A DNA stretch of 62,458 nt, counting the filler, from Globobulimina sp. (lineage: Eukaryota): assembly GCA_003354225.1 (NCBI GenBank). It is 33 parts of 33 records of this genome, joined end to end, with 100 filler letters (N's around TTAATTAATTAA, not from the genome) between each part and the next. Parts side by side here need not be neighbours in the genome. Positions count along the whole stretch, not along the records: positions 24,654 to 26,449 come from PIVH01011846.1; positions 26,550 to 28,345 come from PIVH01011847.1; positions 28,446 to 30,241 come from PIVH01011848.1; positions 30,342 to 32,137 come from PIVH01011849.1; positions 32,238 to 34,033 come from PIVH01011850.1; positions 34,134 to 35,928 come from PIVH01011851.1; 27 more parts are not named here. The stretch is one strand, 5' to 3'. Below, one piece after another: positions 24,654-36,028 of the stretch (positions are counted from its first letter, which is position 1; each line of letters starts with the position of its first letter). The notes under the pieces were generated by a model. That model made no database searches. It was not told the origin of the DNA and saw nothing but the letters and a program-made list of their open reading frames with translations. Both the position numbers and the translations under genes were made by a program.

Positions 24654-25400
24654 GAGGCCTCCTATGGAGGCCAAACTCACCCCTAACCCCCGCCGCGCCC
24701 CGCGCGGCGTCCCCTCCACTTGGTTTCGTTAATTTTTTTATTATTTCTCAGTGACACCACTATTTTTTTAAACTTTTGTTTAATTTTTTATTATTTTTGT
24801 AACGGTACAGTTATTATCTTTAACTTTTGTTTAATTCTTTAACGTTTTTGCTTCATTTTTAGTCATTTTTGACTCTCGCGCACACATATATGTGGGCACA
24901 GAGATATCGCACCCATAAATATGTTGGCAGCCCTATATTTTCTTATCATTTTTATTGTTTTTGTAGCGATTTTATTATTATTTTAACCAGAAGTTTCTTA
25001 TTTCTAACGTTTTTTTGCGTTATTTTAGCCATTTTTTCCCTCTTGCACCCACATATATGTGGTTCTGCCCTCATATATGAGGGTGAGAGAGGCCTTTCCA
25101 CATATATTTTGGTGAAATAGGATGAATTTTAACCGAAATTGCATTATTTTCAACGTTTTTGTGTTATTTCAACCATTTTTCCATCCTGCGCCCTCATATA
25201 TGAGGGCTCAAGAGTGTTCTGCCCTCATATATGAGGGCGCGATAGTGTTTTACCCGCCTGTCCACATATATGTGGGTGTGACAGGACGAAAATGGTGAAA
25301 ATAGAGCCGCAAAACGTTAAAAATAGTAAACTTATCGGTTGAAGTAATAATAAAGTCGATCAAAAAACATAACCATAATAAACTTTTCATTAAAATAACA
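24654..25400. repeat. Non-coding fold-back / MITE-like region with clustered palindromes
   Basis: Hairpins GGCCTCC-tat-GGAGGCC and CGCCGCGC-ccc-GCGCGGCG at the contig start; about 6 palindromes CCACATATATGTGG / CCCTCATATATGAGGG between 24880 and 25280; imperfect inverted arms ~24950-25035 versus ~25290-25370. Confidence 0.7.
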
Positions 25401-26660
25401 TGAAAATCAATACAAAAACTGGTTCAGAAAGTGTCTTGCGCTCATTTATACATACTATGAATGGCAGAAGAGATCTGTCCACGCTTATGTGGGCATGAGA
25501 TTGTCAAAATGATAAAAAAATAAAGGCGAAAACGTTAAAAATAATAAACTAACCAGTTGAAATAACAAAATCGTTTCAAAAACATAAAAAATAACTGCAG
25601 AATCAGCTTGACAGTGACTCACAGTTAAAGTAATAACAAAAATCGATTCCAAAACATAAGAATAATAAACTGGGAGTTTGAATGTCAATAAAATTGAAAA
25701 GGAAGCACTAAAAATATGATTCTAGAAGCAAAATATCTTTTAACAAACATGAGTACATTGTAGACTTTGGATAAGAATCTCTACATTCTTTTGCGTAAAC
25801 GTCGACATACAAAACTAGTCCAAGTAGTCAGTCCTTTCTAATCGTTTGACAGATCTCTGCAGTGTAATTGATGATTTTTTGAAATTTAAACACATGCGAC
25901 ATAACTACACAACATCGGCCTTACTTTCAACACATCATACGAAAATAGCTTAGGCATCACTTTTGGGGTTTAGAAGAATATGAGACATCGCGCAAAGAGC
26001 AGAACAATAACTAAGAATAAGTAGGCATGGGGACAGTAGGTATGACTAAGAATCCTAAAGTCATATGACAAGTGACGTCATTCCACCCACCCGCTGTAAC
26101 CGCCCCGGGCTAAATGACTTGTCTGGCAAGCAAGATTCGGTCTTTCCGTTTTAATAAAGACTGTAACACTATCGTATCGTTTGCCTATATTTTATTCCTT
26201 TTGATATACATATCGGTAAAGGTGACACATCTCATATCGCAGAATTCATTGACACCCCATATTTCCACAACCAAATTTTCTGGTGGGCACCTATACCTCT
26301 TTTTCACACTTTCTTCAGCCATACCGAATACAAACACAAACCTCGAGTGAACTTTTTCTCACTATAAATGTGTAGTCATCGTATGATGTCATCTTTTTTC
26401 ATCATTTTGGTGAAAAGGACTCATCTTGCGCGGAATAGTGTTTTACGCGNNNNNNNNNNNNNNNNNNNNNNNNNNNNNNNNNNNNNNNNNNNNTTAATTA
26501 ATTAANNNNNNNNNNNNNNNNNNNNNNNNNNNNNNNNNNNNNNNNNNNNACAGTAAAAACAGTAATTTCAAACTGAAAAGCAAAAAGTTAAATGTTACCT
26601 TTAACATTTTATTATTAACCTATTTTCCTTCCGTTTTTAAGCGATAAAACAGCCATCTAA

Positions 26661-28345
26661 ATGCCATCCACTGCAACAACTGACATGGAGGAAACCAAAA
26701 CCGACAGCACTACAAAGCCAAATGCTAAGCAGTCTGCAGAGCACACAAAACTAGATAATACGTCGAAAGAAGAAGAGACAAAAGCAGACCGAAAATCAAA
26801 ATCAAAACCAAATCCTGATGAAAGTGATTGCGAAGAAGACAGTGACAGTGATTGTGAAGAAGACAAAGCGAAAGAAATGGAAGAAAGAAAAAAATTACAT
26901 CAAGAAACTGAACAGCATAAAACAAAAATGGTGCAAATATTATTCGTATTAATTGCTATTGAAGTCATAATATGTTCAATATTATTGTCGCCACCATCTG
27001 GTGTACAAATTGAAGATAAAAACAATTATTTCCGCTCAAGAATACTTAATTTCCGCCATGACACAGTTGATATTGTATTAGCATCAATATTACGATTGTT
27101 TATGTTATACGGATTTGTTTGTATTGCTATAATTTGGGGTAATGTTAAAACATACGATCCAGATTTAGATAAACATACAATATTCAATACCAACGCATCG
27201 CATTACAAACTAATTACTAAAATAAAAGCAAATGCTGCCTATATTATATTGACAGCTTGGAAATATATTATTGGTTTAAATGAATCTCATGACGCTTCTG
27301 TTAATAACAATGGATTTACCTCGTTATTATTACAACAGAATGATGACATCCATCCAGCCAATAATATGACATTTGATCGTAATAAAAAGATGAAACGGAG
27401 AAAATTATTTGATTTGAAAGAATTTGTGAATAAATACGCCGGCATGGAGGCGCAGGATGTGGCAGATGTGTGGAAAACTGTCCTATGGATGTTGCTATTT
27501 TTTAGTATGACTGTATGTACCACTATTATTGGCATAAAAATATCGTTTTTTCAGTGCATAAACAATGATCCTGATATGGACTCTTATTATTATTATATTG
27601 CGTTATTTGCATCGATTATTATATTAACGCACATTCAGACATATTTCATAAAGAAATACATTGATGATTGCTGTGAGCCATTGAATCGATATTTAGATAT
27701 TAACATCCATCCACATCCTGTATTCAAAACAAAGAATCGAGGCAGATATTGTCAACTTTGTTGGCAAAGACCTGGACGGCATTCTACTGAAAGAAAATTA
27801 ATATTTAAATGTTCGCAATGTCCGCGACATCGTGCTTTTGTTTGCATTAAATGTTGGAATAAAAAAAAGAAAGAAGCGAGATTAAGGTACAATGTTTGTT
27901 ACACAGCTCTGAGAAACGTTTGTACGGAGCTTGCTTTTATATATTTTTTAATTTATATTAAAGGGAGAAAGAGAAAGAAGATAAAATGAATGATGATCCT
28001 GACAAAGATGTTACTTTTCGAGAATATTTTACGACTTTATTGAAATATCATTTACCATATATTCGTTTGTTACTATTAGGTGTGGTGGCAATGGCTTTGT
28101 GCAGCGTTATAAACATATTTGTTCCAAAGCAGAAAGGACAATTACTGGATAGATTAATATCTGGCGACATTGATGGCTTTTATTTAGCCATCAAAATGCA
28201 AATAATTTTAACAGTAACCCAAGGAGTTGTGTCCAGCATCAGCGCTCAAAGTATGAATGTTGTATCACAACAGATAACCTGCGATTTGCAGAAGCGAATG
28301 TTTTCCAATTTGATGGCGCAAGATATGGTATTTTTCGATAACCAC
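26661..28345 (+). CDS. ABCB (TAP/ABCB9-like) transporter N-terminal part with an extra TM domain and a C1/DC1-like zinc finger; intron 27887-27963; 3' partial
   Basis: ABC_membrane motifs NIFVPKQKGQLLD and DLQKRMFSNLMAQDMVFFD; HPHPV..YCQLC..FKCSQC..FVCIKC upstream; the 77-nt intron splices in frame. Confidence 0.8.
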
Positions 28346-28446
28346 NNNNNNNNNNNNNNNNNNNNNNNNNNNNNNNNNNNNNNNNNNNNTTAATTAATTA
28401 ANNNNNNNNNNNNNNNNNNNNNNNNNNNNNNNNNNNNNNNNNNNNT

Positions 28447-28731
28447 GAAAATACTGCTTTATTTTTATTACGATGACGAAATCTAAATTACAAACAAAAC
28501 TGTCCGAGACATGTAACGATGAAAGTAATGAGAAATGGTGAATATCCTTGTTTGTTGAGTTCAAAGTTTGGAATTCAGATATTTGGAATATTTCTTTTAC
28601 AGTGGACCAATTGTCATCAGCTTGCGGATCAGGTCACTATTTCTAGTACTTTTGATGCATTACGAGGTGAATTAATTTATGGTGGAACTAATTTTTGGTT
28701 ACAACATGTTGAGGTTTTTCAAATATTGTGA
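28447..28731 (+). pseudogene. TLDc-like domain C-terminus with an in-frame TGA at 28474
   Basis: ENTALFLLR*..FGIQIFG..GGTNFWLQHVEVFQI resembles the end of a TLDc domain. Confidence 0.4.
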
Positions 28732-28817
28732 CAATCCTTGCACGTCTTTAAAAGTTCACTGATGACTACAGATTCCGATTTCCGACTAGATTCCATTTGG
28801 GAATACTAGTGTTTTTG

Positions 28818-29713
28818 TCACAGTTTAGATTTTGTCAAATCAGTCAAGTTGCCTCCATTTGAAACAAACTCGCAAACTCTTTGTATTTCCTCAGGATGCA
28901 CCTCATGTTGCAAATATTTATACTTTTCATATTTCAGAGTAATATGTCCTTTTAATTGATTAAATGTATATTCACTGTGCGATATAGGCACAACTTGATC
29001 CTGTTCACCATGGCACGCAAAGAGCGAAGTCTCTTTATTTGCTGCATTTATCTCATTTGGATAATTTGCAGTGTCTAAAACATACGCACTTAATCCAATG
29101 ACACCACCAAGACGTTGCGGATAATGATAACCACAGTAAACAGCCATGGCGCCGCCTTGGCTGAATCCACCAACAAACACATTTGCTGACGCAAATTCTA
29201 GATCTACTGTTTGACATTCATTGTGTTTTCCATTTGCAATATTCTCGCTCATCCGATCTATTTCCATATCAATGCATTGATTGATCTGTTTGGCAGCGGC
29301 CAATATGCCGTCTTTGTCTTCATGAGTTCGAGTAAAATCTTTGATATCATACCAGGATGGCATCCTCATGCCGCCATTGATAGTCACTGCCATTGTTGGA
29401 GCATGAAGCAATACAACACGTATAGACGGGGCTATATATAGTGTTGTTATATAGTTGTTTATGAGATGAATGATTATTTTGTAATGAATAACTAGTCTGT
29501 AATACGTGTAATGTTTTGGAAAAGATCAGCAAATCCATGATTTGTATCCCCTAAACCATGCATCCAAATGAGAGTTCGCTGCGATGCTTCTGGATTCACG
29601 ATCAAACTTTTCTCGATGGTTCCATTTACAATGGTTGATGCGGCGCGTTTGCTGAGATTGAATAGAGACATCATTAGCACGATCAAACTGGAAATACTAG
29701 TAAGCTTAATCAT
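28818..29713 (-). CDS. LYPLA: Acyl-protein thioesterase / lysophospholipase (Abhydrolase_2); intron 29432-29505; ends in SKL
   Basis: LIWMHGLGD, AVTINGGMRMPSWYDI, GGFSQG, HGEQDQVV, LQHEV; the 74-nt intron splices in frame. Confidence 0.92.
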
Positions 29714-30341
29714 ACTGAAAGTTTTTTTTATTTTATTGAATGTCGCTTTGTTAATCAACAAACCATACAATATTGTTATCAATATGCTACATAGAATCAG
29801 GGTATAATATCACTAATAAAAATATAATAAATAATACATTCATAAAATCATGTATATATATAACAATACAACCTTTAGAATAGTTCTTCACAGAGAGCAG
29901 ATCGCCATTTCAGAGAAAAGTTCCAACAAAACAAACAAAACCCTTTGCGCGATCTATGTAAATACATCCTGACAATCAGCATATTCTTCCTTCTCATGTA
30001 CATATTCATGCACAGTTTAGTGCCATTTCTATGTCCAACACACGTCATTTGCTCATAACAAAAACAACGAAAAGGTGTGTCCTCCATCCCTCTCGGGAGG
30101 GATATATCGCGTCAGAGTGCCACAGAAACAAATACGATTACTAACAAACAAGAAGCAGACAACAATAAAGTAATAACACAGCCAAACAAAGCAGAAAACA
30201 CCAAACATCCAAGAAATGATTACATCGTATTTCCAAACTTTNNNNNNNNNNNNNNNNNNNNNNNNNNNNNNNNNNNNNNNNNNNNTTAATTAATTAANNN
30301 NNNNNNNNNNNNNNNNNNNNNNNNNNNNNNNNNNNNNNNNN

Positions 30342-30617
30342 AAATATATTGATGAATTACTTAATTCATTGACATTTAAAAAGTTATCATTTATGGTTGT
30401 AAATAAAATGAATAAAATATTTAATTGTTTATTAAATGGCACTAATAATTGGAGTGGCTTTCATTCTGTATTAAGTCAAAGGAAATTATTATCTTCGTTG
30501 ATTCAAATGGTTAATCAAAAAAATAATGATCCACAAAAAGAATGGCATGCTAAATTACAACAATTGACAAATAAATACAGTCAAGCTTTGAATGCTTGTT
30601 CTAGCGATATCATTTAA
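30342..30617 (+). CDS. 3' end of a hypothetical gene, convergent with the SPRY-like gene
   Basis: Open frame from the contig edge; its stop lies ~5 nt from the stop of the opposite gene. Confidence 0.45.
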   Translation, partial: KYIDELLNSLTFKKLSFMVVNKMNKIFNCLLNGTNNWSGFHSVLSQRKLLSSLIQMVNQKNNDPQKEWHAKLQQLTNKYSQALNACSSDII

Positions 30618-30622
30618 ATAAT

Positions 30623-31405
30623 TTACCTGACTGAGAGTATCGACACACTGTCACCAAAACAACTTGTACCAACTGCAACTTTATAATTTTTGTTCCAGAT
30701 TCTTTTCTTTGACCAAATATGTTTGTCATTCACCAAAAATTTGATCGAACAACAATTGACTTGTAACATTACAATATCATCATTGTGATACACAGCGGTT
30801 GAATTTCCCTCAATATTATATCTTCTCTGTCCATTGACATATACTTCACCACATCCATTCAATGAATAGTTTGGTTCAGATGGACTTCCAAGATATGAGC
30901 CTCTTTTTGTTTTATCATTTGATGTAATACCAATGATAATACTCTTTGGATTGTTAATACAATTTATTTTTAGTTTGGTTGTTGTTTTTTTTGATGCAGC
31001 AATCCAAAATGACATATAACTAAAATTATACTCTTTTCTAGAAAAAGAATTCCAATCACTATAATCAATAAACGCAACATCATCACCAATTTGGGTGATA
31101 GTTTGATCGTTGCCACCAGTCACTACCAAATCATCTGAAGATTTATCAAAATAAATTATCAATATTCCATAATATTTAATCACATTTTGTATTGATGCTG
31201 GAATTAATAAGTTGCAAATATTTTCAATTTGTCGAATGTAACCAGTCATTAATAAGTCTCCAATATTACCCACTGATGTATATTCATATGATTTTACAAA
31301 TGATTTTTTTTCAAATCTTTGTACAGGCTGTTTTTTTCCATTGCCAGTATCACTATTATTCAGTGATTGCTTTTTCTGCTGTTTTGTACTTAGTTTGTTA
31401 CCCAT
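30623..31405 (-). CDS. N-myristoylated SPRY/B30.2-like protein
   Basis: MGNKLS start; SIIIGITS, YSLNGCGEVY, YHNDDIVMLQVN..IKFLVND, YKVAVG..GDSVSI beta-sandwich pattern. Confidence 0.65.
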   Translation of the reverse strand: MGNKLSTKQQKKQSLNNSDTGNGKKQPVQRFEKKSFVKSYEYTSVGNIGDLLMTGYIRQIENICNLLIPASIQNVIKYYGILIIYFDKSSDDLVVTGGNDQTITQIGDDVAFIDYSDWNSFSRKEYNFSYMSFWIAASKKTTTKLKINCINNPKSIIIGITSNDKTKRGSYLGSPSEPNYSLNGCGEVYVNGQRRYNIEGNSTAVYHNDDIVMLQVNCCSIKFLVNDKHIWSKKRIWNKNYKVAVGTSCFGDSVSILSVR

Positions 31406-31658
31406 GATTTTTCTCCAACTGCTGTCAGAAAAAAATCTCTTAGAAAGTGTCCACTCTTCGCATCGATCTCTCATCCTAACCTGAACAACGCTATACAGGT
31501 AACAAAAAACAAGATGATGGAAAAACCACTGTTACATCGCCAAACAACACAAGATTTGGTGAAAGAATATTCCCAACGCAACCAAGGTTAAGGATTTCAT
31601 AGGTTGTTTGTCCGATTTTTGAATTACACAATGTGATATATTTATACATTCAAAAGCT

Positions 31659-32120
31659 ATGCTTCGTATTATTTTTACTGTTATTATGTCACCACCAGCA
31701 ATTGCAGCAATTATTGTTGCTTTAGATTATAATGATAATTCAGCATGTAGTGATGGAACCGATTATACCATTGATTTGCAAGTGTTTCTTTATGTTGCGG
31801 GTGGTATTCAAATCCCGTTGGCTGTAATCACTTTAATTGCGCAATGTTTTGTATTAGTTTTTGGTGCTTCAGATAAAACGGCAATATTTAATGGGTTTTT
31901 TTCTGTGGTGGCATGTTGTTTGGGGATTGTTTTGCTCACATGGATGATTATAGGACTTGTCATGTGGTCTAATCAAATGTCGAATGATTGTCAAGATACA
32001 AGAATTGCAATAATGGTTTTAGCGTGGAGTGTAATTCCATTCGCTTTGTCTGGATTAATTTGTTGTGGGGTTTGCTGTTTAGTAATATGTGAGACCTGTG
32101 CTCACTACCAAGATCACTGA
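31659..32120 (+). CDS. Small Cys-rich four-helix membrane protein
   Basis: Four hydrophobic segments with luminal cysteines and a Cys-rich tail. Confidence 0.7.
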   Translation: MLRIIFTVIMSPPAIAAIIVALDYNDNSACSDGTDYTIDLQVFLYVAGGIQIPLAVITLIAQCFVLVFGASDKTAIFNGFFSVVACCLGIVLLTWMIIGLVMWSNQMSNDCQDTRIAIMVLAWSVIPFALSGLICCGVCCLVICETCAHYQDH

Positions 32121-32237
32121 AATTCAGTTCTTTGAGANNNNNNNNNNNNNNNNNNNNNNNNNNNNNNNNNNNNNNNNNNNNTTAATTAATTAANNNNNNN
32201 NNNNNNNNNNNNNNNNNNNNNNNNNNNNNNNNNNNNN

Positions 32238-32525
32238 GAAACTGAATATATGCTTTATTTGACATCGTCATCATGGACAAGATTGATGTGGTATTTTGCT
32301 GGCACTTTACATTGTAATCATGAAATGGTGAATCTTCCAAATGAGCATAAATGCGTTGCGTTGTTGACGCCGGGTTATATGGATCCTAATCGACAATACA
32401 AAGCAATCAAATTTGGACCAGACCTTAATAAAAGATTACATGATGAAAATTTGGATCCTGATGCATTTTATAACAAATTTGGAGTTCATATGGATGGCAA
32501 TGCATGTAAACAGTCTTATGATTAA
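32238..32525 (+). CDS. 3' end of a hypothetical protein
   Basis: Open frame from the contig edge with plausible composition; followed by a T-rich 3' UTR. Confidence 0.45.
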   Translation, partial: ETEYMLYLTSSSWTRLMWYFAGTLHCNHEMVNLPNEHKCVALLTPGYMDPNRQYKAIKFGPDLNKRLHDENLDPDAFYNKFGVHMDGNACKQSYD

Positions 32526-32780
32526 TATGTATTCTGTATTTTTTTATTGCTTTTTTTCAAGATAACCATTTTGCTTTTTTTATTAATTTATTTTGAACTG
32601 CAATTTTTTTACTTTTACTTTTACTATGTATTTTTTTATCCTTTTAAGTTTATTATACCAGATCGCAAACTGAAAGCGGTAACTAAGTTTCAGTAAGCTG
32701 GTATGCAACAAAAAAATAATTTCGTGCATTGGGTTTACGGACGTTGCCAATGGCAGAAAGATAGGCTTATGAATAAATTA

Positions 32781-34033
32781 TTATTGATTAACACGAGCAT
32801 ATTTTTTATGTGCTTGATTCCGTCTATGTGTATTAGTTGCATTCTTTCGTTGCTGTCTATATTTATTTTGATTCCCTCCCCTTCCTCGCCCTCTTCCTCT
32901 CCCTCTCCCTCCTCCTCCGCCTCTCCCTCTATATCCACCATAATTCCCTCCATCATTTCCATAATAGCTATTATTATAATTATTGTGTCTTGATCGATTA
33001 TTATATCCTTTTTGATTATAATTCCCATCATCCTGATTTTGATTGTACTTATCCCCATATCCATCATTCTGATTATTCTCATTATTATTCGCATTATAAT
33101 ATCTATTCTCCCTCTTATTCTTATTCTGATTCTGATTCTGATCATATTTAGGTTTATACTGCGAGGCATTCCTTACATCACTGCTCTGCTTCTTTGCTTT
33201 ATATACTTCCTTTTTCTTCCCTTTCTTCCCTAAGTTCCCTTTCTCCCCTTTCTTATCCGGCTTAGCATCACTTTTATTATGTGGTATAAACTCATATGAA
33301 TGTTTAGATCTATCTAATTTCGCATTCAATGTATCATTCTCTTCCTTTTCTTCTTCAATCTTATCCTTTTCTTTCTTTTCAAGGTACTCCAAATCGTCTG
33401 ACACCGAGCCGCCATCATCGACGCCAAAGCCAAAATATTCCACATTCTGCTCATCCACATCATCATCATACAAATTAAACTGTTTACTACCCACTTTCTT
33501 ATGATATTTCTTCATCGAATTCTGATTCGAGTCAAAACCAAACATATCAAAGAATTCTTCATCATCGTCCTTCTTCAATACGCGTCCTGTAAATTTTATA
33601 TATTCTTCCAACGAGGGGTCCATTCGACCGCTGCCTGTTTTACTTTTCTTTTTTTTCTTTTTCTTTTCTTTTTTCCTGTCAATAATATCCAATTCGTTGT
33701 CATCGATGGCTTCAATGGTAAGCGGCACAGTGCCCTCTAACACGGCATTGACTGCGACATCAAATTTATTGGCAAAATGTGATAATAATTTGCTGCAATA
33801 TGCACTGGAATGGTCGGGGAATATTTGTAATAATTTGGCAACTTCCTGCGAGGAATCCTGTTTTTTTTCTTCTTTTTGACATTGTTCAAACTCATTCTTG
33901 TGTTTATCAATTATATTTTGCGAGATATTGCCAATTAAATGTGATACCATACCGATATCAGATAAACTGATGATATTTTTGGACAGTAAATAGTTTACCA
34001 ATTTGCATAAATCATCGACAGTGCCAAATAATT
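32781..34033 (-). CDS. ASCC2: ASCC2/Cue3-like CUE-domain protein, 5' partial
   Basis: CUE domain VAKLLQIFPD..YCSKLLSHF..AVNAVLEGTVP, LYDDDVD motif, RGG box, C-terminal KNATNTHRRNQAHKK. Confidence 0.75.
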
Positions 34034-34133
34034 NNNNNNNNNNNNNNNNNNNNNNNNNNNNNNNNNNNNNNNNNNNNTTAATTAATTAANNNNNNNNNNN
34101 NNNNNNNNNNNNNNNNNNNNNNNNNNNNNNNNN

Positions 34134-35625
34134 TATCATAGCACATGACATCGGGCAGCGGCTCCAAGAGATCCACGATGAACTTGGGATAATTGTTTGC
34201 GTGGTCCCTCGCCACCCACACCAACGAAATGGCGATCTTGAGATAGTCGGTGTGCACCACATACGGGATCAGCGGCGCTATGCCGGCGCCCGTCGCCAAA
34301 ATGAAGACGCGGTTCCAATTAAAGAGGCCCTGCGTGAAATTGGGCGGCTTAATGCGCGACATATAAAAGGTGGTATCGTCCAACAATCCGGCAACGCGCG
34401 CTCGTTCATTCAAACTCCGCGTCCAATCTCCCAACGACTTCATCAACAAAAAGCATTTATGCGTGGTGCTGCCGTTCCAGCCAAAGGGCAGCGGCGTGAT
34501 GCCCATCACATGGAACTCGACATAGTCCGTCGACAATTTGCACACTGCGCCCATGGGCGCCCACCACGGGAAGATAAACGCAGTCGAGGTGCCCGCCGAT
34601 ATGATCTCCACGTCGCGCCCTTTGATGCGATGCAAAATGATCCACGGATACACCGTCAACAACAGCAGCAACATCGCAAACACACTCGGCGAATTCTGCA
34701 AAGCGGCCGCCACGTCGGGCGCACTGCGGATGTTTACGAGGACGACGTGCGTGATCAGCAAAGACAGCGCCAGCCAGTTCAAGTAACGGTGCACGATTTC
34801 GAACGAGTTGTGGAAATGGTGCCGAATGCAGGGCAGCGCCGCCACGCAGATCAGCATCAATAAGAAGGGCAAGCCCCAGGCGGTGGCGCTGCGCATATTG
34901 ATGCGGTAAGACTCGCGGATGAAGGCGCCCATCGCGTAGATGATGTTCCACACAAAAGCCGTGACGCCCAACGAGCTGTGAAGGCCGCCGATGCAGTCTG
35001 CCAGCCGCGAGATGTGGTACCGGCCATACTTGGAACAGCCGAGGTAATGTGTCCTCTTTACGCACCAATACACCGCCCATAGGAATATCTTGTCGCGCAC
35101 CAAAGCGCACAAAAAGACAGGGCCAACGGCCAAGAAACCCACTTCCGTCAAAGCGATGGCGGGGTTCGGATCGTTGTGCGTCGTGTTCCAGATGCAGAAT
35201 AAGACGATGTTGGTCACCAAGACCGGGACTTGCCACATCCAGTAATGCAAATAAATGCGCACTGTATAGTCTTTGCAGAAGCAATTGGACGGGATATGGA
35301 AGATTAATGCCCCCCGAATTTCGTCTGCTAATTTGATGGAATCGATTTCTTGGCCAGCTCCGGTGGATGATTTTGCCACTAATTTGGGCGTTTCATGCAT
35401 CGATGTGGAGGATTTTAGAAGGGCGGAGGAGGTGGGATGACTGGGCGAGGTTTTACTGACGCGGATGTTGGGTAATAATGGGGATGTTTCTGATGCTTCG
35501 ATGGCATCTGATATTTCTAAGTGAACGTCTCTTTCTTGTTTTTCTTGTGGTGGGGTTTGAGAGATTGAGATTGATTTTGCTCCTCTCCATGAAGATGGTG
35601 GTGCCTTTCGTTTGTTTCCTGACAT
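34134..35625 (-). CDS. TmpA-like membrane flavo-oxidoreductase (ferric-reductase-like TM plus FAD/NAD-binding domains), 3' partial
   Basis: IGGLHSSLG, RHHFHNSFEIVHRYLNW, EFHVMG, LGDWT, FNWNRVFILATGAGIAP, LVWVAR. Confidence 0.75.
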
Positions 35626-36028
35626 TCTTTTTTTTTGTTATATATTTTAAATTTGTGTATGCATTGGTTTGTGTAGCTTTTTTAAACAATTTTGGGTCGT
35701 ATATATGGTTTGTATTGTTTTTGTATATGGTGGGACTCAACTGTCTTTGTCAGGATGAAAGGATTGGTTTTGAGGTTTTTTAAAGTTTAGCTAGGTAATT
35801 TCACTAAAATTGGAAGGAAAATAGGTTAGTAATAAAATGTTAATGGTTCCCGATGAAACACAACCTTTAAGAATTCAATTTTGACTTTCAATGTTTTTAT
35901 TTTGAATAATCTGTAAAAAACTGTAAATNNNNNNNNNNNNNNNNNNNNNNNNNNNNNNNNNNNNNNNNNNNNTTAATTAATTAANNNNNNNNNNNNNNNN
36001 NNNNNNNNNNNNNNNNNNNNNNNNNNNN

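Noticed and set aside
28474-28476. Alternative genetic code or selenocysteine readthrough at an in-frame TGA
   Set aside because: It is an isolated case; TGA, TAA and TAG all end genes normally elsewhere and other interruptions are explained by introns.
32703-33233. Ile-rich and Ser-rich alternative ORFs
   Set aside because: Off-frame and antisense readings of the low-complexity N/Q/RGG tail of the ASCC2-like gene.
34201-35284. Long overlapping ORFs (220 aa +, 275 aa -) over the TmpA-like gene
   Set aside because: Shadow ORFs expected from GC-rich codon usage; no recognisable motifs.
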